Positions 17,085-28,830 of a DNA stretch of 64,000 nt are shown here, in pieces (positions within the stretch are counted from its first letter, which is position 1; every line of letters begins with the position of its first letter). The DNA is from Klebsormidium nitens (Eukaryota; Plantae; Klebsormidiophyceae). The stretch spans positions 4,216 through 68,215 of the forward strand of contig DF237445.1 in the NCBI GenBank assembly GCA_000708835.1, read 5' to 3'. A program made the translations under genes and the position numbers. The notes under the pieces were generated by a model. That model saw only the letters and a list, made by a program, of their open reading frames with translations, ran no database searches and was not told the origin of the DNA.

Positions 17085-20000
17085 TGGGCGCTACTGACGT
17101 TTCGTCATCCGACGAGGTCTGTTCCTCAAGCTACTGGAGTCTGCCGCTGCCAACGTCCGATGTCTGCTTTGTGGACACCCCAGCAGCATTCGAAGCGGTG
17201 GCGCTTGCTCTAAAATCTGCAGCAATCGTGGGACTAGACTGCGAATGGAAGCCTGTGGCGAGCAAGACAGGTCGGGCGGCATCGAGGGGTTCCCCAAAGG
17301 TTGCAGTCCTGCAGATTGCAGTCCGGAAGAGAGCGGTGCTGAAAAATGCGAAGCGGGAGGTGTTGTTTGTGGTGGTGAGCGCTGATGCTGTCTCTCCTCT
17401 CAAAAGAGTTATGATCAATGTCCCGACAGAGCTCTCAAAAGATAGGTCCTATCTTTTGCCCAGGCCTTTGTCTTCTCATACCAAGTTTTGTCTCATTCTG
17501 TAACAGGGGTGTTCTTGGTGCTCTCCTGCATCTTTGAGCTTCTGCAAGCCCCACTTGTTCAATCTAAGATTCTGCGACACCGTCTTGACTCCTTGACCCC
17601 AACTAACCTCACAATTACTCTTTGTCAACAACAGTCACTCTCTCAACATTGCAAATCACTCCTTTCTTGTAGGACATGCTGGCGCTCAAGCCGTCAGTGT
17701 TCGCTGCGCCCCTGAAAGCGATGCTGAGCAGCCCCCACATCCTCAAGCTTGGCTACGCTTTCAAGGACGATCTCCGTCACCTGGCGGCTTCCCATCCAGG
17801 CCAGGACGCAAAGGGTTGTTTTGACAAAGTGGAAAACTTTGTTGATGTGGGGAAGCTCTTCCACACCGTCAAAGGGGGCTCAGACTCTTGGATAGTGGGG
17901 ACGGGGGGATTGGCAGCGATTACAAACACCGTGCTGGGGCTTCCACTGGACAAGGTACAGCGGAGGTCTTGCTACCAGAGGATTGATTCATCTACTGTGG
18001 ACACTTTGTTCTTTCAAGGACTCCAGGGCCTAGCCTTACAACGTCTGCCTCTCTTCCTTTCACCTGTTCAAATCAGAGTGATCCTCCACCATCTTGTCTG
18101 ATCAAACAGCCGAACGTCAGCTCCCTTCAAGAGGAAAAGCTAATTGCCTACTCAAAGCTGCCAGAACCACAGAGCGCATATAGCCCCCTTCTTCACAAGC
18201 TGTTGAAGTACAATGTTGCTGTAATCTGCACACACGATGACGAGGCCCCAAATCCCTCAAACTCAAAAAGAGTCGATATCCCTGTGCAGGAGCTCCAGTG
18301 CAGTGACTGGGAGGCCCGCCCCCTGTCTCAGGCACAGCTTCTGTATGCAGCGACTGATGCCTACTGTTTGTTGCCCATCTACGACGCCCTCTTGCACGAG
18401 TCCTCAAGGGATGCTCAGCCAGGTGAGACTGCCATGTCCAGGAGATCCAGCCCCTCGCAAAGATAAAGATCAAGGATGTGGAATCTCTGGCTTGATGGCG
18501 AGGGATCACTTCGAACAACAGTTTGGCTGAGGATCTTTCGCGCCCTCAGATTAACTCCGTTCATGCCCCAGGCATGCGCTTCGAACTTAGCGTCCTATCA
18601 ATGTCAGGGGTGTCTCAGCTGTTGGCCAGACTTCCGGATACTGGTTACTGAGTCCCCTTCTATGCACTCAACATGCTAGTGTATCTGCGGCCAAACGCGT
18701 TTAGGTCATCGGCTGATCGTGAAATGCTTGTGGTAAGATCTCAAACGAACACGTCATTCCTACAACAGGGCCCCTCGTCCAACTTGTCGGCCCACAGAAG
18801 CCTTCCCCCGCTTTGAGCATCGCAGCTGCTCTAGACTTAAACCCCCCCTCGACCGCTGACGTCAGCCACACGTCGTCCTGCCTACCTGCCACGTGTCTCC
18901 TCAGCTCTCGCAGCATCTCCCCTGCGGAGGTCGCCACCGCGGCAAGCCTGAGCGCTGCGGGGCTCGATGGAACGGAGGAAGATGTGGCGCTAGCGATGGG
19001 GCGCTTTGCAGAGCGGTTGAGCCTGAACAGCATCAACCACGACGTGGGAAGCAAGAAGCCGAAGTACGTTTGTGAGGGTTGATGTCCCCTCGCTTGTAAG
19101 CTTCACTTAGGTACTTGAGGTCGTTTTTGACAGAAGCAGTGGGCAAAACGCTTTGTCAGCAATATGAAGTCCGGGCTCATTTGATTTGTCTTTTTCGCAG
19201 TGGTAAGCAACAACCTGTTCCTGGACGCATTTTCATGTACTCGTTTCGTCGTGACCATTTCGGGGTTACTACTGGACGTACTAGGGTGTTACGAGTAGCC
19301 CGCACCTTCCGAAAAGTATTCGACCTCCTCAGACCTGATGCCCCAGTTTTGATCAAGGGCTTCTAGGTTGGAGGCTGGCATGGACGAAGTGGTCCCTTCT
19401 TAGTTGGAATTCAACACCTCCGCATTTGGACTCCTTAAATCCAGCTCACAACCGAGGCAACTTGCTGTTTTGCAGAAAACGGCACGGATCAAAGGCCAGG
19501 AGACCTCTGGAGGCAATCGACGGTCAGGGATTGTTGGACGACTGCGAGTGGTCAGGGCCGCCCCCCTGGGAGGAGGACGCCGCGGCGGGGGGCAGCGGCG
19601 AGCCCAAGTTTCTGTGCGATGTCCACGTGGAGGGGCTCGCCCGGCAGCTGCGGTGAGGGGCCACCGTTCCTTGGCCTCTTCGATTGTTGCGGGGCGAGGT
19701 TGAGTATGTGGCACAGTGCGGTTGTGGCTTGTTCTTCGGGCTTTTCGTGGGAACGGCAAGGGTCCTTGCAGACTTTGGTGTGTCTGGCGTTTGCGTTATC
19801 CCTTGTTTCGTACCTTCCCGTCAACGCAAAGTCCGCGACTCTAACAAATACCACCCCTTTCTCATCAACTGGGACGACTTCTCTGGAAAGCGGAACGCCG
19901 GAGGTCCTTCTGAAAGGCAACTTGTGTGCCTTCAATCTCTTTGGAACGCCCTCATTTCGACACCCTCCTAGTATCCGCAAGCGTTGATTCCTTTTGAACC

Positions 20001-21799
20001 CGTACTCATGTTAGAAGAACTCCGAATCGCGTAGGTGCCGGGCGTTGACACTAAATCCGCCGCAGGTCCATCTTTCCGAGCGACTGTTCACTCATCTCCC
20101 GGTTCCTGAGTGTCAACCCGTCCCTCGTCTGCTCAGGTGTGTGGGCTTTGACACTGCCTCCGCTGTGGGTCCCCGGTCGGACCCCCGCCAGATGGTGGAG
20201 CAAGCGGAGCGGGAGGGCCGCGTTCTGCTGACCCGCGACCGGCGGCTGATTAGAAGACGGCTGCTGCCCCCCAACAAAGCTTACCTGGTGAGAGAAAGGA
20301 ACCAGCTGCGCTCCAGCTAGCGTCAGAAGCTGCACACAGGGCGTATTTTAAAACAGACGTCGGGTCGTCTGTCGCATATTGCACGACCCGACGTATGTTG
20401 TACAAGCCTTCCGCCTTCGGTAATCGGCTCACAAGCGTGTCTGGCAAGAAGTGGGCGATCTTCGAGAGGCCGCCATTCTCCGTTGCCTCAACGGCTTCTA
20501 CTAAGATTGCTCACGTCAAGAGTGTTTTTGTGTCCCTCAAACCTCTCGCCATGTTGTGGAAGACACTCAGGAAGAAGGGACACTCATTTCCAGGGAGGCA
20601 CATACCCTTATTCACTCACGACAAAGTTTAGCCCTCCCCTTCCTCCCGCGATTGCAGGTGAAGGCTTTGGGCAAGCAGGCCCAGCTGAGAGAGGTCCTGA
20701 GCGCCTTCAAGCTGGGCGTGCGAGCGCGTCGGCTTCTCTGTCGCTGCATCAAGTGCAACGGCGAGTTCGTAACAACGCCGTTGGGGCCCCGCGAGGCCGC
20801 CGCCACGGCGCCCTGGTCGCAGGTTATTCCGGAGTGCGCGTTGCGCGCGCACACCGAGTTCTGGCAGTGCGCTGCGTGCCGGCACATCTATTGGGAGGTG
20901 AGAGGGAAGCATTTTTGAGAGCAGATCGGATGCGGCGAAAGGGGAATACAAAGAAAGAAGACTCCTCGGAAGTGTGATTGCGTGCTGCTTGGAAGGGCCC
21001 GACTACGTACGATTTCTGTTGCCGCAAGCTGTTCGATGAAATACCAAGCCCGGTCTCTGATCATTGAAACCCGGTCCCTGGGTTCCAGTGTTTTACGGTT
21101 TTGGAGCTCAGTCAGTGCAAAAGCTTGCCATGACTACGCAGATGTCTCATCTTTGGTTCGAATAACAAGATTATTTGGATGCATTCCTGAGTGCGAAACG
21201 GAACGTGGCGTCGGTGAGAGCAAAAGAAGGATGAAGCGCAAACACTTCCATTTTTGACGGCTTCGGATCTTTGCAACGGCCAGTTCGTTGCTCCTAGGAT
21301 TGCAATGCATCTGGAACGCTGGGCGACAAACCTGCTCTCGCAGTTCCTCTTCTCAAATGCTGCTCGTCGTGCGATGCTGCAGGGTACCCAGTTCCAGCGA
21401 GCGATACTGCAGTTTGAGGCTCAACTTGAAGGCATCATGGAGGGCACGGTTGCAGAGGACAGGTTCTCCAAGTCGAGTCTAATCGTTATGAATGTTGAGG
21501 ACAACGAAAATGATAATGCTAGAGCGTCCGATAGCAAAATCATTGTTGGGTACTGCACCGAACCTGGTGAAGAGAAACAAGAGATGGACGAGTTGATCGG
21601 GGCCTTAGGGCCTGAGAGCGACTCCAGAGAGGAGAAGATTGGCGGTTGCGATTCGAGGGCAGATAGCGAGGTGGCGGTGCAGATTCCGGATGGAAGTGCG
21701 CGGGTGAAACGGCCGTGCAAGACATGCGCGGAGCGGAGAAAGAAAAAGGCGGAAAGAAGACAGTTGCTTGCTAGTCCAACTGAAACGGACAACGCATGA
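17085..21799 (+). CDS. DEDDy 3'-5' exonuclease fused to a Mut7-C RNase (PIN-like + Zn ribbon) domain; EXD3/mut-7-like
   Basis: 8 exons with GT-AG junctions. ExoI VGLDCEWKP, ExoII KLGYAFKDDL, ExoIII LYAATDAYCL. Mut7-C motifs KFLCDVHVEGLARQLRCVGFD and RVLLTRD; Zn ligands RCIKCNG and WQCAACRHIYWEG. Confidence 0.88.
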
Positions 21800-21960
21800 T
21801 AGTTCTTGCAAAGTAAAGTTTTTCGACGTTGAAAAATGCATTATGCATGTGGATCGGATTCCGAAGTTTCTTACGTCAAGACATGTACCAAGTCAATCCA
21901 AACCACGAGCTCGCGACCACTTAATGTGAGTGCTCATAGAAGTAGGTTGGGCGCAGACTG

Positions 21961-22284
21961 TCAGAACCCGTGGAAGGCTAGAACGTGGACCAAATTCGGA
22001 CCTTTTGAAACCCCCCACCGTTTTGTACCCTGAACAGTAGTATTGGCCGGGGATCAAGGATACCTAGCTCCAGAGACTCTACCGGACCGTGTGTCGACGT
22101 ACCCGGTGCCGCACTACGGCCGCTGGCGACTGTACCTCGGTACACCGCACCGGCTATGCAGCCGGTGCAGTTTCTAGGAGTCAGGACCTCGAACCGGACC
22201 GCGCGCTGGAAAGGGTACTACACTTTGGTAGGGTCCCCAAAGTGCGAATTTGGTCCATGCACGTTCTCCTTCCACGCATTCTGT
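21961..22284. mobile_element. Fold-back/MITE-like element with ~70 bp imperfect inverted arms
   Basis: The left arm 21961-22033 reverse-complements the right arm 22212-22284 (shared cgaatttggtcc..acgttct..ccttccacg..ttctg and agggtac). Internal perfect 9-bp stem GCACCGGCT-ATGC-AGCCGGTGC at 22147-22168. Confidence 0.6.
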
Positions 22285-23243
22285 CACTTTCCACACAGTA
22301 GGTAGGGCAATGGCATGAAGGCTTTATCTGCTTCATGACGCATCATGGCATGCATGCTGCGCCAGGTTGCCATGTCATTTGTGCATGTGGATGCAGGCCC
22401 ATATACTAATACTTTATAGGGCCGCGTACGCGTGCAGGCTTCCGACCATCAAATGTGTTGCAACACGAACCCGATCATTAAGTTGATCCCGACACGGCAT
22501 ATTGTCACTTCATGCACTGACCTCCTTCTAGCTATTTAATGCATGTATCAAACTAGACCATGCAAATCAGGCGTACGTGATGATATAAACGTAGTTGCAT
22601 CAATGGATACTATATTACATGAAAGCGGGCCCGACAAGCATGTCTTTGATCGGCTCTTTATAGCACATCGTATATCATCACGTGGGTACAAGTTGAGAAT
22701 GTTGACCTGCCGCAGTTTAGTGAAGTGCATATAGATTCGTCTCTGCAGGCTGGGCGAACGTTTGGTTGCCGCTATGACATTTCTTACTGACTCGACTATC
22801 GAGCATTCTACACTACTCTTAGCAACATTCCTACAGTGACCATCTGACGCCGGCTGATTTTCGAGATAACAATCAGCTTTCATTGAGCATTCTGAATACC
22901 TACTAAAATTACTCGATCACAAGTTACGCTTAGCACAGTGGGGTCCTTGCGACCTCAAGTGCCAAAGCAAGTGTAAACTACAACGATTGCGTTCCGGAAG
23001 AGCTGCGATCGTGACACAAAGCAACAGGGCCCCCTCAGACTGACTGTCATAGCCTGGCTTCTCTCCTTGCCGAGTGTGCGCTGCCACTCCAACAAGGGGG
23101 ACACCTCTACCGGGGGCATCTTAGCGCCTCATCTTATAATTCAGTAGCCGAAGCACGTTGGAAGGAACCTCTTGGAACACGTCCAAAAGAAGCAAAATAT
23201 ATATAGGCGCTTGATAGTGCGTTCGGAGGAGGAGCGACGGTTT

Positions 23244-26200
23244 TTACACCATGTCGATCTTGGCTTGCGTGGCCGTTTTGGACGGCTCCACTTTGTAGAC
23301 CTCGACCTCGTCCGTCCCGGGCGTTCGGACAGCGTACTCAAAGGACCATCTGCGCAGCGAACAGCACACGGAGATTAGTTTGACTAAAGCTGCACTCCTT
23401 GCACTCGCACACAGTATCAGGAGTCTATTTAAGCAGCGAGATAAAGGGAAGGAAGAAGCTTTCAGGACAATGCCCACAACCTGCTGCGAAGGATTCAGAC
23501 TCCAGAGCTGGCCTCAAGGAACCCGTTATTGGTCCGAAAGAATGAGATTTCTGCCCGCAATGAGCAAAAGCTCGCCAGGTGCCAGCATCGACCATTTGCT
23601 TTTTCTTTCTAGCCAGCTATTCTTGGACCTCTATGGGCTCTTCAACTCTCAACATTGACAATGAACGGGCATCCCAGAGGCAAGAAGCTAAGATAAACCA
23701 AAGCAGGCGGCATTCGACTTGCGACGCCAGGACAACTACTCAACAAGAGACCCGCAGTAAGCGCGTTGGTTCAATCACCTTGACGCTGACGAGAATATGA
23801 CCTCCCAGAGCGAACAAATTCTCGCCTAACACAGTCACAGTCCATCCTCTCACCCGTTAGTGGCTGCGGCGTGCTCTCCGTTCAGGTTGACCGCCACGAG
23901 CGCGCCCAGGAAGGTGGGGTAGAAGCGCCGAATTCGCGAGATGGCGTCCTCGACCGCGTCCTTTGGGTTCATTCCACGCCGCATGCTCTCCACCACTTGA
24001 TAGCTGCACGGCAGCAAAAGCGGGGTATTATAAATGAGCGATCGCATTCTGATGCTTCTATCCGACTGTTCAAGCACTGCTGCTCTTAAGGATGGAGTTT
24101 CAAACACGAGTCGACTTTCTTCAAAGGTGATTCCGGCTCGTTTGGCAAGGATGCCGAGGGCAGACCCGACGATGGGACAACGTGAACGAACTTCGTCCGG
24201 CTCACATTGATGCATTAGGAATCTACACGGAAGGGCTTGGCCAACTCTGTCCTGCCGACGCAGAAGCAGCTCTGATAAGACAAGCAGATGTACTTATTGA
24301 GGCAGAAAGCATGGTCCGCTTCATGAACATGAACCGAGACTGCTTTTAGGCATGCATGTCTCACCAGGGAAGGAACCGCATCATGACGTCACCATCCCCT
24401 GTGGCCCCACAACCACCGATGTCGCTGTCGGCATAGGCTGACGCTCCGGCGATTGGGCCATCTCCCACCCTGCACGGGAGCAAGACTAGATTGCTCAATT
24501 CAAGGAACAGAAACGAGATAAAAGGAAGCAGCATTTGCCTGTTCGATGAATCTGCAAGTACAGGAACATGGGAGGATGGGTAAGACAGACAGAGATCGCC
24601 CCGGGTCTTACAAATGTGCAACGCTGAACAGCACTGCGTTGTTGGCATCGATCTGTCCCAACAGGAGCCTTGATGCGTCAAGCAAGAGGCTGCCTGAACA
24701 GAAGTAGCTCTCCAATGACTTGTGGTGGCCTGAATACAGCTGCAAAACTTGGAACACCTGGATCTCTGCTGCAGCCTTGACTTTCGTCACTTACTTCAAG
24801 ATACAGCAGACCATAGTTGTGATCAAACGGACGACAAGTTGTTTTGACGAGGAAAACAATGAATTGATACATTAGCAAGGGCACTCTGTGAGCAGCACCA
24901 AGTCTAGCAGCCCACCTGCCAGGAATCTTGTTGGTGGCGCCATTTGTCGACGTCGCAGCCGCAACATTCCCATAATGGTCGATAGCGACCATCGCTATCG
25001 TGTCGTGGCTCCGCACCTCGCCCCGGGGCCTGCAGATGCTCAGCTGGTTATCAGTACCATTTTCATATTGGCAGCACTGAATGATTGTCAAATCGCGCCT
25101 CTGACAGAAGGCCAGGTTAGCTATGGTGAATGAGGCTCGACACTAGGGCACAGCTTTCCCAACAATTTGACCAATCCTACGTCAGTGAAGAGCCACCAAG
25201 TGTGCGCTGACTTACGGTGAGAAGGAAAATGCTTCTAAAGTTCCTACAAGCGTGGTGGAAAATCCAAGAAGGGTCACAGTCGCCCACCTGTCATCGACAT
25301 CCCACTTCTCCACCCCCTTGCCCCAGCCAATCCTGCTCCGCCCCGCCTCCGGCAGCTTCATCTTCCTCCCCGCCGGCTCCGCTACCGAGTCTTCCTTCCC
25401 ACACTTTTCCCCCTGTGGGCGCCCCCCCTTTTGTAAACCCTTCTCCGTTGCCACGCTGGCTTCAACCGTGGCTCGCAAGAACTCCCTCTCTCCCCCCCCA
25501 CTGGAGGCCGCTGCATCTGAAGAAGTCGCACCCTCCTCGGGTCGGTAAGGGCCACACGTTTCGGAGGAGGGGGGCTGCACGTTGGCCCAGAAGTTGGGCT
25601 GGCACGAGCGCTGTTTCCACGAGTCCCACATGGCACGGCTCTCGGGGGTGCTCAGGTCCTCTATTGGGAAACCCATGGACTGCACACAGAGAGGGCCCTG
25701 GGTCACCTTGTGAGCAAAGACGTTCCCAGACGAGAGCTGATAGCAAGATGGAGATTGATGAGCAAGAGGGGACTTCTCTGTCAACAATTGCACAGAGAAG
25801 GATAAGCTTTGATTAAGCAAAAGGGGCTTTCTTGGCGAAGAAGAAGCAATTGATCTAATGACACGGTCCAAAGTTGTGCATGCTTTTGCTTGCTTAAAGG
25901 TGACAAGAGTTGGTCGGAGCTCACATCAGCTAACTGCGTTTGAATACCTGATCTGACAGCAGCCTCTCGCTGACTCCATAGCCGCTTTAGCTGCCGTGAT
26001 CCTCGCGAGCAAGCTAGCCATGCTTGTTGCATACGCCCAGCAAGCAAAAGGCCTCAATACGACAAAGCGCAACCCTGAACAAACACAAGCAACGCAAGGC
26101 AGTGGTTGGTACACCCACCCTCGCAAACTCGGTCGCCTGCTCTCCCACTAGCATGCTGTGCTTCGTATGCTCCAACACCAGTCGTGCCACTTGCGCCGCA

Positions 26201-27681
26201 CCCTTCACCCGCCTCAAACTCCCCACTGCTCCCACGTTCATTGTGGAACCGTCGATCACAAGAGCGTCCAACGTGGTTTCGCCGTTCTCATCCGGGCTGC
26301 CCCCATAGCCAACTGCCAAGAAGGGAGAAAAGTTGCTGAAAACTGAAATAAGACAACAGCCTGGATTCAGGAATTAACCAGATCGTGAACAAAATGGGAA
26401 AGCCGCAATGTACTCAACATCTCCAAGATCTGTGCTTTTCAGACAAGTAACGAGTGGTTCTGCGCCTCTGACAGCTGTCAAGTAGTTCGGGAAAAAGCAG
26501 GCCTGCCTTCAGCAGCAAAAATTCTTACAGAACCATGTCACTTCAAAGCAGATGATAGCCAGCAGGCCAGCAATTGGAGTCGCTTTTTTGTAGCCACAGT
26601 GTCGCAGAGTATTGTTCATGAACCTCGCACCTTATGGCATCAAAAACCCTTCCATTGCGATGGTCATCAAAGGCGCGTCATGCTCAAGAAAAGAAGCACA
26701 GGCGCTTTTGGATCTCCACATTGCACCAACTTCGAACAAAAGATGTCTGCCTGTCTGTAGTGCACATAATCGCCACCGACCAGCCTCGTTAATTACTAAC
26801 CTGACCCGTCACATTGCTCCTCCTCGCACACCGTCACCCCCTGCACCACCGCATCCAGAGCTTTACGGCCGTCCTTGACAACCTCCCAGGCGCGTTGCGT
26901 GGCATCCGTGAATGGCCACGTGTTGATCACAATAGGGAACGTCTCGCCTTTCTTCAGCCGGGGCCTGTCGTCCCGAAGACCTGCCAACGAACTTGTGCAT
27001 CTGAGATATTGTATATGAGATATGTTCAAGTCAAGTATGAGAAAAACCAGACGGGAGAATCAACAGGAACAAACGTCCTCAGGGAAGGGCACAATCTTGA
27101 TGCTACCAGTTGAGAACAAGTGAGGGATCCCCCTCTCAAGAGCCGAGCAGATATACGCTCCCTCTGAACAAGAATCACTCCCGGTCAGCGCAAGTCAAAC
27201 TTGTATAACACAGCCCTGTTCATTGGCGCCGGAAAGGTGAGGCTGCTTACCATGTTCGCTGGCCAACTGGGGGCTCCCTATGCCCAGGGCCTCTGCAATT
27301 GTAAAGAACAGATGGTTGAACAACAAGATACTGAAGGTGGCCAGAATTGTCACAGCGACAGGCTCGGAGTGGTCATAACTTCCACAGTCAGTTGCATTGT
27401 TAAGCTTTCACACTGTCAGAATTCCGCTAACTCTAAGATTTTGGGTTGCTGCTGGTGCGCCAGCTGTCACAATGCTCGTCTAATGCAAAGGCCCACTTTC
27501 CTTTCAACCACGCATCTTGGCCCCTCTGATAAAAGGTTGAGAGATTGTTAATTTGCAGGAGGCTTTCGGAGCGGGACATCCACTTACCTTGGGTTGACAG
27601 TCCTTGTGATGGAACTCCTTTGAGAAGGAGACAACAAGTAACAAAAAGAAAGGCTCGTCTTAGCAGGACGGGACCACCCAT
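23244..27681 (-). CDS. AGA: N4-(beta-N-acetylglucosaminyl)-L-asparaginase (aspartylglucosaminidase, Ntn hydrolase)
   Basis: 8 exons. N-terminal signal peptide ([20 protein letters not shown]). Motifs [32 protein letters not shown], autoproteolysis site HD|[29 protein letters not shown]. Confidence 0.96.
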
Positions 27682-28370
27682 CACTGCATCCAATAAAACC
27701 ATTGGGCCCTGCAAGAGAAGCAGCTGACTTCGCCTAGATGTTCCAGAAATAAGAAATTGCTGCAGAGAGGTGTGTGTGTCTTGAATGCAGACTTGTCAGC
27801 AGATTACAGCCTTCAAAGCCTTAGGTACTACCACCAGCTACTAAGCTAGGTAGTCTTAGCGGCCAGCTGGCCCTGGCAAACATGCGGTACATGCTTCCCC
27901 AAATTTCAGCTTGCCTCTGAGTAATCTTACCTACTCTGACAGTCTGACTCCTCAGCGAGTCTAGGAATGGTCGTCGCCATTTGCTCCACCAAGCTGCATA
28001 ATGCATAATGCATCCCGCCTTCCTCATCAATCTGTTTGACAAACACCGAGTTTGGCGCATCCCCTGCAAATCCGAAACAGGTACCGCTGCTATCCAGGTA
28101 TGATACTTTTGCTGTTTTACTGTGAAAGTACGTACCTCTAATTCTCCACGTCTCCAGATCGGTACGATTCCATTGGTTTCGATTTCTCGTGAACGGCGAT
28201 GCTGAAGCCCGCGAAATGTGGACTCCGCGACAGTGCGCGTGGCGGACGCGGGCAAGGACTTCATAATGTAGTACGAAGTTCGGAGTCGCGGAGCCCAACT
28301 AGGCTATGGGGTATACTAGGCCCTAGGGGTTTCGCCCAGGTAGAACCTGTGCCCGGGCGGTGCTCCATTG

Positions 28371-28487
28371 GTACCGTCCTGGTTTCGCTAGGTACCTTCT
28401 GTGAGTGACTGGTACTACCTAACTAGGTAGGTACCAGTACGGTACCTACCGTACCCAGGTAGTAGGTACCGTACTACCGACCGGTAC
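28371..28487. promoter_or_regulatory. GTAC/GGTACC-dense palindromic block in the AGA-IscA divergent spacer
   Basis: 10 GTAC in 117 bp (28371, 28392, 28412, 28431, 28437, 28442, 28451, 28466, 28471, 28484), six of them as GGTACC, with nested hairpins. The pattern is seen directly; a regulatory function is only inferred. Confidence 0.45.
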
Positions 28488-28830
28488 CGTCCCACTACCC
28501 CTGGTTGAGATATGAAATGGGAACCGGGAGGACAAACTGAAACCGTGAAAACAAACCCACCCGCTCCGCGCTGCTACGTGATCCTAAGTTTCTAGAATTT
28601 AACCCCTAAAAGCGAACCCCCTAATAGTAGTGGTCCCTCGGGCGCTAAAATATCTCAACTTGGAAAAGCTCAGCTAAAGTTCACTGCTCAGAACAGAAGC
28701 TTGAGAAAACAAAAGAACACTCTCTTAAGTCTTGTGGCGTTGCGTTGCGTTTGCGTTGGTGCGGAGCTGGGTTTGATTTGAAGCTTTGCTGGCCCTTTAA
28801 TTGTGAACAGAGTCTCTGTAAGCTGACAGG

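Noticed and set aside
25217-25816. 199-aa Pro/Ser-rich plus-strand ORF
   Set aside because: It is the reverse complement of the purine-rich AGA linker exon.
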